58,288 nt of DNA, filler included, from an uncultured bacterium (GCA_964449065.1; 3 parts of 3 records of this genome joined end to end with filler, not necessarily neighbours in it); one strand, 5' to 3'. Shown: positions 29,486 to 39,198, counted from the whole stretch's first letter. Numbers and translations are program-made. The notes: generated by a model from the letters alone, not told the origin.

Positions 29486-30769
29486 TTACTCCCGAATTTC
29501 CCCACTGCCGAAGACGATAAACTTCTCACACGTAAGCTCTTTTTGCCCCATCGGGCCGCGGGCGTGGAGTTTATCGGTCGAGATACCCATCTCGGCACCT
29601 AAGCCGTATTCGCCCCCGTCCGAGAAGCGGGTGGATGCGTTCACCATCACCGATGACGAATCCACTTCGCGCAAAAACTTGTTGGCGTTGGCGTAATCGT
29701 TGGTCACAATCGATTCAGTATGGCTGGATGAATGCTTTTCGAGATGATCGATGGCATCCTCGATGGAATCCACAATCTTTAACGCCACGATCAGATCAAG
29801 ATATTCGGTATCCCAATCTTCATCCGCAGCCGCCTTGATATCGGGGTGCAGTTCAACCGTCTTGGCGCATCCTCTCACTTCCACATCATTCTGCTTAAGT
29901 TCATGCAGCAGGCTGGTCAAGAAATCGCCCGAATGCGCTTTGTGAACAAGAAGTGTTTCGGCGGCGTTGCACACGCCCGGACGCTGCACTTTCGCGTTTA
30001 CACAGATGGCTTTGGCCATTTCGGGGTCAGCGAATTCATCCACATACACATGACAGTTGCCGTCATAATGCTTCAAGACCGGGATCGTCGCCATATCCAC
30101 CACCGCTTCAATCAAAGACTTGCCGCCGCGGGGAATGATCACATCCAATAACCCGTTCAACTTGCACATATACTTAACCGCTTCGCGGTCGGTGGTATTG
30201 ATGAATGAGACTGCCGCTTCCGGCAATCCGTTGGCTTTGAGGGAATCGCGCATGATATCGGCGAGCACAATGTTTGAGTGAATCGCTTCCGAACCGCCGC
30301 GCAGCAGGCAGCCGTTCCCGGATTTGAGGCAAAGCGCAGAGGCCTCCATCGTCACATTGGGGCGGGATTCATAGACCAAACCAACCACGCCAAGCGGCAC
30401 CCGCATCTTGCCGACTCGAATGCCGCTGGGGCGAACCGTCATATCGTTGATTTGCCCGACTACATCCGGCAGGGCCGCCACTTCTTCCAGCATTGAAATC
30501 ATGCCATTGAGTCGTTTGTCATTCAGGGTCAAACGGTCCAGCATGGCTTTGGTCAAGCCTTTTTCTTCGCCCGCCGCCAAATCGAGTTGATTTTGGGTTT
30601 GGATTTTTTCTTTCTCATCCATAATGCGCTTGGCGGCATCCAGCAATACCTCGTTTTTTTGCTGGGTCGGCGTTTTGGCAATTATACGGGATGCATTTTT
30701 CGCCAAGCGCGCGGTTTCTTGAACAAACGCTTCGATATTTTCAATTTGTGGAGACGTTACTGTGCTCAT
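29486..30769 (-). CDS. proA: Gamma-glutamyl phosphate reductase
   Basis: VPLGVVGLVYESRPNVT, IPRGG, CNAAETLL and [22 protein letters not shown] motifs. Confidence 0.98.
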   Translation of the reverse strand: MSTVTSPQIENIEAFVQETARLAKNASRIIAKTPTQQKNEVLLDAAKRIMDEKEKIQTQNQLDLAAGEEKGLTKAMLDRLTLNDKRLNGMISMLEEVAALPDVVGQINDMTVRPSGIRVGKMRVPLGVVGLVYESRPNVTMEASALCLKSGNGCLLRGGSEAIHSNIVLADIMRDSLKANGLPEAAVSFINTTDREAVKYMCKLNGLLDVIIPRGGKSLIEAVVDMATIPVLKHYDGNCHVYVDEFADPEMAKAICVNAKVQRPGVCNAAETLLVHKAHSGDFLTSLLHELKQNDVEVRGCAKTVELHPDIKAAADEDWDTEYLDLIVALKIVDSIEDAIDHLEKHSSSHTESIVTNDYANANKFLREVDSSSVMVNASTRFSDGGEYGLGAEMGISTDKLHARGPMGQKELTCEKFIVFGSGEIRE

Positions 30770-30904
30770 GCTTCACCTCTTAATTTGCGATTCAGGCAGT
30801 ATTCTAGCAAAAATATTCTTTTTCGGCAAATTTCTGAAAGGAGTTGTTATTGTTGAAATATTTGTGATAAAATAAAGCCATAACATTCGATTCGAGTACA
30901 AAAA

Positions 30905-31120
30905 ATGAAGAAAATCACTCACGCAAAAATTGATCCGCAAGGCACGATTCATTTTCAAGAGCCTGTTGAGATATCCCATCCAACAGAGGCATTAGTATTT
31001 TTTTTAAATGAACATGAAGATACAGAAATAAAGCAAAAGGCAACGAATATTCCAAATTGGATTGGAAAGTATTCCAGCCAAGGACAAACGATGGATGATC
31101 GCCGGACTATTTATGAGTAG
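30905..31120 (+). CDS. Putative antitoxin (DUF104/AF2212-like)
   Basis: 71-aa ORF immediately upstream of a PIN gene; beta-strand N-terminus. Confidence 0.6.
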   Translation: MKKITHAKIDPQGTIHFQEPVEISHPTEALVFFLNEHEDTEIKQKATNIPNWIGKYSSQGQTMDDRRTIYE

Positions 31121-31128
31121 ATCAAACA

Positions 31129-31599
31129 ATGGCATCCAAAATTACACTGGATTCAAATATTCTTTTAAGAGCCGCGGATCATACCTCCCCAAGTTTTACT
31201 CCTGCAAAATCAGCATTGACTTTAATGAGTCGGTATCTTATTGACGTCATTATACCACCTCAAGTGATTTATGAATGTTGGGTTGTTCTAACCCGTCCAA
31301 TAGCCTCAAATGGGATTGGGCTATCTACTGATGAAGCCGTTTCTTTTATTGAAGAAACCAGAAGATGCTATTCTTTTCTTCCAGATCCAATCGGTTTGCT
31401 GGATCGATGGTTAGATCTCGTTACCCGCCATGATATAAAAGGGGTAAAAGCGCATGATGTTCGATTGGCCGCTTGGATGCTGGAAACCGGTATCGATACC
31501 TTATTAACTTTTAATACTTCAGATTTTCATCAAATGCCTATTCACGTCATCCATCCCGATAATCTGAAAAAATGGCTGAGTGATATTGCTGATGATTAA
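31129..31599 (+). CDS. VapC/PIN-domain toxin
   Basis: LDSNILLR, QVIYE, AHDVRLAA and LLTFNTSDF motifs. Confidence 0.9.
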   Translation: MASKITLDSNILLRAADHTSPSFTPAKSALTLMSRYLIDVIIPPQVIYECWVVLTRPIASNGIGLSTDEAVSFIEETRRCYSFLPDPIGLLDRWLDLVTRHDIKGVKAHDVRLAAWMLETGIDTLLTFNTSDFHQMPIHVIHPDNLKKWLSDIADD

Positions 31600-31692
31600 A
31601 AAGAGTTTAGTGAGTAAAAATCCACGGTTGCCTGATCTTAAAGAATTGTTATCATTTTTTAAATCATCAATAAACAATAGAAAGGGGATTGT

Positions 31693-32586
31693 ATGTATTT
31701 AAAGAAGTCTTTTGCCGTTTCATTTGCTCTGCTCATGGTATTTAGTATCGCACAGATGGGGAGGACAGCAGATATTGCAGTCATCATTGTGCAGGATTTC
31801 ATCTTACCGGGTGATGACCCGGCCAACGACCCGGACGCCAAGCAATTTACGTTTGATACAATTGAAATTCAGGATCCGGGATTGTTTGCGTTAATCTCTC
31901 GTATGGAAGAAACCGGGCATAACGCAAAACTATACGGTGCGGATGAATTTGTCGCGAGTGATGTAGAGACGGAAAATGATTTGATTTGGATCACGGAAGA
32001 ACCGCAATCCAGCGCGACCGGTTCCAAGTTTCAAGAAAGCGAAACACCTGTGATCTTTCAAGAGGCGTTCATTATGGATGATATGGGACTGGCCACAGGC
32101 AGCGCGGAATTCGAAAACAATCTCCACACCAATGAACTCCGTGTTCTCAATCCCAATCACCCTATCACGCAGGGGCTGCCGGAAACATTTGTATTCAGTT
32201 TCAACAATGAAGAGACAGGCGAACCGCAAGCGGTAACTGTCGTCAGTTTGCTCAACAATAGTAATTTGACCGGTGTGGGAGAAGTCGTGGTTGATGCCCC
32301 AGCGGTTTACAATACCGATATGGCAGAATCCCCCATTTTCAACGACGTGCCGGTCGTGATCGCGGTGGATGAAGGAACGGAAGTCAGTTCGTCTGTCACC
32401 GCCAATGCCCGCTGGGTGATGTTCGGCTATTCGGAAAGCAACATCAGCGAAACACCGGAATTCGGCCCGGGAGCTGAAGTGTCAACCCTGGCGTTTTTAA
32501 ATGACCAAGGCTGGCAATTGCTGGATCAAACCATCGCATGGGCTTTGAGTGAAACCGTTGAAGTCTCCGATTGGCAAATATTCTAA
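31693..32586 (+). CDS. Secreted acidic protein, glutamine-amidotransferase/ThuA-like fold possible
   Basis: Signal peptide; HPITQGLP and LLDQTIAWA; ends VEVSDWQIF. Confidence 0.75.
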   Translation: MYLKKSFAVSFALLMVFSIAQMGRTADIAVIIVQDFILPGDDPANDPDAKQFTFDTIEIQDPGLFALISRMEETGHNAKLYGADEFVASDVETENDLIWITEEPQSSATGSKFQESETPVIFQEAFIMDDMGLATGSAEFENNLHTNELRVLNPNHPITQGLPETFVFSFNNEETGEPQAVTVVSLLNNSNLTGVGEVVVDAPAVYNTDMAESPIFNDVPVVIAVDEGTEVSSSVTANARWVMFGYSESNISETPEFGPGAEVSTLAFLNDQGWQLLDQTIAWALSETVEVSDWQIF

Positions 32587-32610
32587 GCACCAAATCATAA
32601 AGTTGGTATT

Positions 32611-32643
32611 AAACAGAGTGAGGTTTATGCTTCACTCTGTTTT
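32611..32643 (+). terminator. Rho-independent terminator
   Basis: AAACAGAGTGA..TCACTCTGTTT hairpin. Confidence 0.8.
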
Positions 32644-32707
32644 CATTTATGAGAGGTTCATCTATAATGACAAATCATACTAACATGCTATGGGATAAAT
32701 AAACCGT

Positions 32708-34051
32708 ATGAATTCCATATTCACCCTCTTTACATTTTTATTGATTCTTTATGGCGGTTTTCCTTTAATTTCCCTATCCGCGCCAAAGATTCTCGATGAA
32801 ATACCTGTTGACCAAGTCTGGCCGGGCCATCGTGTCGGGTTTGATCTACTCACGCATCAAAACAAGCAGTATGCGGCCTATTACAATGCTGAACGCCAAA
32901 TGGTCGTTGCATCCCGCGCAATCGGCGATGCGACGTGGGAATACCATCCCCTGCCCTCTTTCATCGGGTGGGATTCACACAACTACATCACAATGGCCTT
33001 TGACCGGGATGATCATCTGCACGTCAGCGGCAATATGCATGTGGATCCGCTCGTTTATTTCCGCGGCGAAAAGCCCAACGATATCCATTCGCTCAAAGCC
33101 GTTCACCGCATGACCGGGAAGAATGAAGAGCGGGTCACCTATCCCCGCTTTCTATACAACGCGGAAGGCGACTTGCTCTTTATTTACCGCGACGGCTCCA
33201 GCGGCAACGGGCACCGCTATATCAACCAGTATGACGAGAAATCCAAAACCTGGTCGCGGTATTTGGATGAACCCTTGTTGGATGGCCGCAAACACGACAT
33301 GAACGCATACCCAACCTCCATTCGCCGCGGCCCGGATGGCTATTACCATCTCGTGTGGATGTGGCGCGACACGCCCGATTGCCGCAGCAATCACGATATC
33401 TCTCACGCCCGTAGCAAAGATATGATTCATTGGGAAACCGTATCCGGCGAATCGCTGCAATTGCCCATTACCCCGGATCACGAAAACACCTTCGTTGATC
33501 CTGTCCCCCCAAATGAAGGATTGATCAATATGGGGTTTGGCTATGGCTTCGATCAACAGAACCGCGTTCTCGTTCATTACCACAAATACGATGAAGGCGG
33601 CAATAGCCAAATTTATATCGCGCGCTGGGAAGAGGATAAGTGGGTTCACCATCAAATCAGCGACTGGGACTACCGGTGGGATTTTGGCGGCGGCGGTTCC
33701 GTTCCTTGCGATGTGAGAGGCAGTTCTGTCCGCAAACTGCCGAACGGTAAGTTAGCGCAGTCGTGGTATCACGCTGAATTCGGCAGCGGAACGTGGGAAC
33801 TGGACCCGCAATCATTGGAAATCACTGGCGGGATTGATCTGCCGGAAACGATTCCACCATCTTTACGCAAGCTACAATCGTCCTTTCCGGGAATGCAGGT
33901 CAACTGGGAAAGCAGCCGTGGAGATAGACCGGATGCAAACGTGCGCTATATGCTGCGCTGGGAAACGTTGGGAGTAAACCGGGACCGTGCCCGGGAAGGT
34001 ACAATCCCTGAGCCGACTATGCTAAAACTTTATAAACTCTCATCGAAATAA
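32708..34051 (+). CDS. Secreted BNR-repeat (BNR_4-like) beta-propeller protein
   Basis: WDSHNYI, LHVSGNMH, TYPRF, YRDGSSGNG and ARSKDMIHW (Asp-box) motifs. Confidence 0.85.
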   Translation: MNSIFTLFTFLLILYGGFPLISLSAPKILDEIPVDQVWPGHRVGFDLLTHQNKQYAAYYNAERQMVVASRAIGDATWEYHPLPSFIGWDSHNYITMAFDRDDHLHVSGNMHVDPLVYFRGEKPNDIHSLKAVHRMTGKNEERVTYPRFLYNAEGDLLFIYRDGSSGNGHRYINQYDEKSKTWSRYLDEPLLDGRKHDMNAYPTSIRRGPDGYYHLVWMWRDTPDCRSNHDISHARSKDMIHWETVSGESLQLPITPDHENTFVDPVPPNEGLINMGFGYGFDQQNRVLVHYHKYDEGGNSQIYIARWEEDKWVHHQISDWDYRWDFGGGGSVPCDVRGSSVRKLPNGKLAQSWYHAEFGSGTWELDPQSLEITGGIDLPETIPPSLRKLQSSFPGMQVNWESSRGDRPDANVRYMLRWETLGVNRDRAREGTIPEPTMLKLYKLSSK

Positions 34052-34071
34052 AACTGGTTGGGGTAAGTCTT

Positions 34072-34950
34072 ATGGCTGCTAATATATATTTTTCTTGCTT
34101 GCTTCTTTTCTCACTGATTGCAATCAGTTTAAACATATTTGCACAAGATGAGTCTTCCATACCGGTTCAAACACACACGGTCAAATTGACAAAAAACGCT
34201 GTGGACGAATCCGCCGGCAATCTTCCCTGCTTTAAGATTGAAACCCCAGTGGCAATCTATTATCTTGAAAAAGAGGGTGCAGGGCTCTCCAGCATGATCG
34301 ATAAAGACGGCAACGATTGGATTGGCTTTCATCCCAAACCCGGCAGCGGCGCTGGTGGGGAGTACCGCGGCTTTCCCAACGCGGTGCATCAACAGGATGG
34401 CAGTTTCTTTCATCCGAAAAATAAAGGAACCGATCCATCCACAGTCGAAGTGATCTTTGAAAGCCCGGAGCATGTAACCTTTCAAGCAACCTCAAAAAAC
34501 ACAACATGGCAGGCGCGTTGGGATTTTTATTTCACTCACTGCACCTTCACCATGACCCGCATGCCCAGCGGATATCAGTATTGGGTTTTGTACGAAGGCA
34601 CTCCCGGCGGTGACTATGATGACCTGGATTGGTGGATGACTTCCGCCGTGAATGAAAAGCAACCGCTAACAGTCAATCACGAAGGCGACATTCCCGCCCC
34701 CGAATGGATCGCGTTTGGGGATTTGGATATTGAGCGTTCCTTGTTTTTACTCCATCATGAAGATGACGAACACATCGACAAATTTTATCCGATGCAAAAG
34801 AAGATGACCGTCTTCGGCTTCGGCCGTGATGAACTTACCAAGTATTTGGATACCGTGCCGCAACGTTTCTCTATCGGATTTTTGGAAACGACAGAACACC
34901 GAATCATTTCAGAGTTTGTAATGAAAATCAGAACGACAAATTTACAATGA
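34072..34950 (+). CDS. Exported hypothetical protein
   Basis: 292-aa ORF with signal peptide, co-oriented between the BNR protein and the sulfatase. Confidence 0.75.
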   Translation: MAANIYFSCLLLFSLIAISLNIFAQDESSIPVQTHTVKLTKNAVDESAGNLPCFKIETPVAIYYLEKEGAGLSSMIDKDGNDWIGFHPKPGSGAGGEYRGFPNAVHQQDGSFFHPKNKGTDPSTVEVIFESPEHVTFQATSKNTTWQARWDFYFTHCTFTMTRMPSGYQYWVLYEGTPGGDYDDLDWWMTSAVNEKQPLTVNHEGDIPAPEWIAFGDLDIERSLFLLHHEDDEHIDKFYPMQKKMTVFGFGRDELTKYLDTVPQRFSIGFLETTEHRIISEFVMKIRTTNLQ

Positions 34951-34972
34951 CATCAAAATATTCTTTGAGGAG

Positions 34973-36679
34973 ATGATTATGCTACGACGCAATTTTATTC
35001 AAACCGGAACAACAGCAGCTGCTGGATTGCTTGCCGCGTCAGAAGGCATTCAAACAAAAACAGCATCGGCGAATTCGCGTCCTAATATTCTATGGATATC
35101 GTGCGAGGATATGTCTCCCCGTTTGGGATGCTATGGCGACCGTACCGTACCGACTCCCAACATCGACAGCCTGGCAAACGAAGGCGTGCTTTATACCCAT
35201 GCGTTTGCCACCAGCGGCGTATGTGCTCCCAACCGTCATGCCATCATCACGGGGATGTACCCCACCTCAACGTATGGGTTTCAAATGCGCAACCACGCCC
35301 GCACCAGCGCCATTGATGAGATTAAAGATGCTGAGACACGGGAATTCGCCAAGAACCGCCCGCTCTATGAAGCCGTCCCCCCGCCGGAAGTCAAATGCTT
35401 TCCGGAATATCTGCGCCTGACAGGCTATTACTGCTCCAACAACGTAAAAGAAGACTATCAGTTTCATTCACCCGTAACCGTATGGGATGACTCCTCCCGG
35501 CAGGCGCACTGGCGCAACCGCAACGGAAACCAGCCCTTCTTCTCGGTGTTTAATTTCACTGTCACGCATGAATCCGGCATTTTCGGAGACGGACGTTCAG
35601 CAAAAGTTGTCGATCCAGATGATGTTCCCGTTCCACCCTACTACCCGGATACTGCAATCGTACGGCAGGATATCGCCAAACATTACGACAACATTGCCGC
35701 GTTGGATAAGCAAGTCGGCGATTTGATTTCTCAATTGCAAGAAGATGGATTGATGGACAATACGATTATCTTTTTCTTCGGCGACCACGGCGACGGTCTG
35801 CCGCGCGGCAAACGCTGGGTGTATGACTCAGGAACACGGGTGCCGTTGATCGTCCGCCATCCCAACAAAGCCAACGCGAACACCAAAACAGACCGGCTTG
35901 TGAGTTTCGTTGACTTTGGACCGACTGTGCTTTCACTCGCTGGAGTGGAAGTACCCAATCATGTGCATGGAATCCCTTTTCTGGGCGGACAAGAAGGCCA
36001 ACCGCGCGAGTATGTCTATCTGCACCGTGACCGCAATGGAGAAAACCGCGAGACCATCCGCGCCCTGCGGGATCAACGCTACCGCTATATCCGCAACTTC
36101 CGCCCGGATGAACCCTACATCAAACCGCTGGCATACCGCGACCGGCAAGCCATCATGCAGGAAATCAACCGGCACATCGAACAAGGCAAGTTGGGCGCGG
36201 ATCAATGGCAGTTCTCTGCCCAAGCCAAACCGGTCGAAGAGTTTTACGATACCGAAAACGATCCGTTTGAGATAAACAATCTTGCTTCTGTTCCAAAATA
36301 TTTTGAAAAAATGGCAGAAATGCGTTCAGAATTGAATGAGTGGATTGAAAGATGTGTTGATCCATTAGATATGCCGGAAGGGGAACTGGTGCGCACCCGC
36401 GTGTATCCTCCCAACGGGGATCAATACGCAACCGCCCAGCCGGATATTCAAATCAAACCGCTTCAAGGGAATACAGTCCAAATATCCATAACCTGCCCCA
36501 CAAACGGTGCAACCATCGGGTACCGCATCCAAGAGAAGAATAATCAAGAGAAGAATGATCAAGCGTGGTTAATATACGACGGCCCGGTTGAAGTAAAGGC
36601 TTCCGCTACGATTGAAGCAACCGCTCACCGCATCGGGTTTAAACCCAGCGAGAAGGTTGAGTTGGTGTTGACAAAGTGA
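34973..36679 (+). CDS. Tat-exported formylglycine-dependent sulfatase with C-terminal Fn3-associated-like domain
   Basis: RRNFI Tat signal; RPNILWISCED, CAPNR (CxPxR) and GDHG motifs. Confidence 0.95.
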   Translation: MIMLRRNFIQTGTTAAAGLLAASEGIQTKTASANSRPNILWISCEDMSPRLGCYGDRTVPTPNIDSLANEGVLYTHAFATSGVCAPNRHAIITGMYPTSTYGFQMRNHARTSAIDEIKDAETREFAKNRPLYEAVPPPEVKCFPEYLRLTGYYCSNNVKEDYQFHSPVTVWDDSSRQAHWRNRNGNQPFFSVFNFTVTHESGIFGDGRSAKVVDPDDVPVPPYYPDTAIVRQDIAKHYDNIAALDKQVGDLISQLQEDGLMDNTIIFFFGDHGDGLPRGKRWVYDSGTRVPLIVRHPNKANANTKTDRLVSFVDFGPTVLSLAGVEVPNHVHGIPFLGGQEGQPREYVYLHRDRNGENRETIRALRDQRYRYIRNFRPDEPYIKPLAYRDRQAIMQEINRHIEQGKLGADQWQFSAQAKPVEEFYDTENDPFEINNLASVPKYFEKMAEMRSELNEWIERCVDPLDMPEGELVRTRVYPPNGDQYATAQPDIQIKPLQGNTVQISITCPTNGATIGYRIQEKNNQEKNDQAWLIYDGPVEVKASATIEATAHRIGFKPSEKVELVLTK

Positions 36680-37945
36680 TTATTGCAGATAATTCAGCAA
36701 CGCGTCTCCCAAGCGTTTCTCTGCCCCGTCTTTGAGCACGAAGGTTCCCGCTTTGATGATGGGGTTTCCATTGACGGATTCATCTACATCTTCAACCGAA
36801 TCCAGCAAAATGGCTTCGATACGCTGCTGCTTTAGCGTATGGAGTTCTTCCAACTGAGAGTAGCCGTCGCGGTTTTTATCGTTAAACAATACCAGTTGTG
36901 TAAACACAGCATCCCGCTCATTGATAATGCCATCATTATTGCCATCAAATTTCCGCAATTCAGCAAATCCATCTTTCGCTCCATTCTGGTCACCGAATAG
37001 TTCGCTGCCGTTATCGATGAGTCCATTTAAATTCCGGTCCAACGCCAAAAAAGCATCTTCACCGGTTACAAACGCGGTGTTCTCTTTCAAGCCATCCGCG
37101 TTAATGTCGAACAACACGCCATCCTCAACTTTGGAAAGTTCAATGCCGTCTCCATCCAAATCCAACACCAACGGATCGGACTGTCTTCGATTCACCACTT
37201 CCGTCGAAACCACTTCCGCCCCGTTCATTTGCACACGCAGCACGCTTTGGGGAATTTCATTGCCTTGCTCATCGGTTTGGGATGATAGGGTAATCTCAAA
37301 TTGGTTGGTAACCGTTACCGCTTCTTGCTGGATAATCTCCGCTTGTTCCTGCTGTGCTTGTGTTAAGGCTAGCGTAAATTGTTCACTGAATTTGATGCTG
37401 CCGCCCGAATCACTCGAAGTAGTTGATTGCGTGAATTGTTGATCAATATTTTGCATCAATTGATCCAGCACTTCGGAATCATCTGTGATTTGTTTGACCA
37501 GGTTAATCAATTGATGAATCTCCAACAGCACTTCATCCGAAAGTTTCACCGTTTTTTGAATTTCTTGGGAAACCGTTTGCAATTGCGCCAGAGAATCCTG
37601 CGCCGCTGTTTCTACTAGAGAAGAAAGATCGAGATTGAAGGCGTTCAAATTGACTGGCAATACTGTGGATTCGGAGGATGGGACTTTGTTGAGGGAAGTG
37701 GCTGAATCGCTTCCGTTACCATTCTGCCGCCGCGGCAAGTTTGAACCTGTTTGCTCCGTATCTGGTACTCTATCCGGAACACCCGCTTGCCCGACAGCAC
37801 GCTGAACCGAACGTATCGAAGTAACCCGCTGCTCCGAACGTGGTTGGTTGGATGAAGAAACTTGGTCTCTCCCCGGCTGTCTTTCGGTTTGGTTCAGTAA
37901 TGTAGTCAATACGGATTGGAATGAAACGGGATGAATAGGATTCAT
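36680..37945 (-). CDS. Gln-rich protein with C-terminal DPLVLDLDGDG calcium-binding-type domain
   Basis: DPLVLDLDGDG, FDINADG, LALDRNLNGLIDNGSELFG and DKNRDG motifs; no Sec signal. Confidence 0.85.
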   Translation of the reverse strand: MNPIHPVSFQSVLTTLLNQTERQPGRDQVSSSNQPRSEQRVTSIRSVQRAVGQAGVPDRVPDTEQTGSNLPRRQNGNGSDSATSLNKVPSSESTVLPVNLNAFNLDLSSLVETAAQDSLAQLQTVSQEIQKTVKLSDEVLLEIHQLINLVKQITDDSEVLDQLMQNIDQQFTQSTTSSDSGGSIKFSEQFTLALTQAQQEQAEIIQQEAVTVTNQFEITLSSQTDEQGNEIPQSVLRVQMNGAEVVSTEVVNRRQSDPLVLDLDGDGIELSKVEDGVLFDINADGLKENTAFVTGEDAFLALDRNLNGLIDNGSELFGDQNGAKDGFAELRKFDGNNDGIINERDAVFTQLVLFNDKNRDGYSQLEELHTLKQQRIEAILLDSVEDVDESVNGNPIIKAGTFVLKDGAEKRLGDALLNYLQ

Positions 37946-38021
37946 CTTCCACTTTCCCTCAACTGTCAGTCCTATCCGTCCCTGGAATGGAGCACATTGC
38001 CTTCCGTGGCGAGCAGTTTAT

Positions 38022-38049
38022 GTATCGGCCATAAACGTAAAAAGCTTTA
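38022..38049 (-). promoter_or_regulatory. Sigma-28 (FliA/SigD)-like promoter
   Basis: TAAAGCTT..GCCGATAC on the minus strand (TAAA-N16-GCCGATA), 76 nt before the ATG at 37945. Confidence 0.55.
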
Positions 38050-38250
38050 TGAGAGAAAATGGAAACCGGCAAAAATTGGTCGAGATACTCAAAAAAAATA
38101 TGTTCAAAAAATATTGATTTTTCAAAGATTAGTTCTTGACAACCAACCCCAACAAACGGTATCCTATATCAAAATACTAGATAAAGATGTTTTGAATACC
38201 AATCAGAATATCGTGTGCTCCTGTTGGAGTAGTTGAAAGGAGATTTTGTT

Positions 38251-38781
38251 ATGTTAAGGCATTTGCCGAAAGTTTTCTGTGTATTGGGTTTGTTTATGGT
38301 GATGGGATTGGTTAGTGGCGTGGAGGTTTCTGCTCAAGAAACACCTCCAGAAACACCGGTAGAAACGCCGACCAATACACCAACGCCGGTACCTCCAACG
38401 AACACTCCAACTCCAGCGGAATCACCTGGAGAAACCCCGGTTGAAACCCCAACACCGGTTCCGCCAACCAACACGCCGGTACCGCCTACACCCACACCGG
38501 AAACCGCACCGGAAACACCAACACCGGTTCCGCCAACTGCTACACCAACACCAACACCAATCCCACCGACCAATACTCCGGTACCTTCCGAACCGGGATC
38601 GGGTGACTTGGATGGCGATGGTGAAACCACCGAAGAAGATGTAACCAACATTCTTGACTTATTCGTCTCCGGTGAAGATCCAACTCCGGAACAATTAGAA
38701 GCAGCCGACTTGAACGGCGATGGTGTCCTGACACCGGGTGACGCCCAGGCGCTCTTCGAGTTGCTCAACTCGGGTGGATAA
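38251..38781 (+). CDS. Secreted Pro/Thr-rich protein with C-terminal dockerin-like domain
   Basis: AAGGAG RBS; signal peptide; PTNTPTPVP repeats; GDLDGDG..ADLNGDG..D paired EF-hand-like loops. Confidence 0.85.
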   Translation: MLRHLPKVFCVLGLFMVMGLVSGVEVSAQETPPETPVETPTNTPTPVPPTNTPTPAESPGETPVETPTPVPPTNTPVPPTPTPETAPETPTPVPPTATPTPTPIPPTNTPVPSEPGSGDLDGDGETTEEDVTNILDLFVSGEDPTPEQLEAADLNGDGVLTPGDAQALFELLNSGG

Positions 38782-38818
38782 TCCGAATTAAAAGTAGTAT
38801 GATTTAAAGTAGTAATAT

Positions 38819-38853
38819 TAAAAAGACCAGAGCAAAATCTCTGGTCTTTTTTT
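38819..38853 (+). terminator. Rho-independent terminator
   Basis: AAAAAGACCAGAG..CTCTGGTCTTTTTTT. Confidence 0.9.
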
Positions 38854-38876
38854 GTTGAAGAAGAAATGAAAAATGC

Positions 38877-38989
38877 TAGAGCAATTCAGGTTTGTGTAGA
38901 TAGAAAGAGATCGTCTTTGATCCTTCCTACCCCCTTACTAATGGGGTGAACAACGACAGATTCTGTCTATCCAACTCTAAAACGCTCTA
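38877..38989. mobile_element. MITE-like element with ~29-bp imperfect terminal inverted repeats
   Basis: TAGAGCAATTCAGGTTTGTGTAGATAGAA versus the reverse complement of the right end, TAGAGCGTTTTAGAGTTGGATAGACAGAA. Confidence 0.55.
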
Positions 38990-39030
38990 AAGGGATTGCC
39001 AAGAAGTACGTTTCAATTGCCCTACGTTGT

Positions 39031-39198
39031 TTGACACACCATCTGGAAGCCGGTGCTACCCATTACGAAATATATTTGGAAACATCTCTAATCTCTAATC
39101 TTTATTCACTCATGTTACGCATACGCTATGATGTACCTATTCTTCTATATGTACGCTGAATCTATCGCCCTCGCCCACCGGGAGAGGGCCGGGGTGAG
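39031..39198. repeat. REP copy plus left part of the ACTCATGTTACGCA element
   Basis: 39031-39060 resembles 3454-3483; 39108-39198 is a diverged copy of 3212-~3295, cut by the gap. Confidence 0.8.

Noticed and set aside
38334..38768. Gly/Val-rich antisense ORF and nucleotide repeats resembling a CRISPR or VNTR
   Set aside because: Mirror of the Pro/Thr codons on the plus strand; no constant repeat with unique spacers
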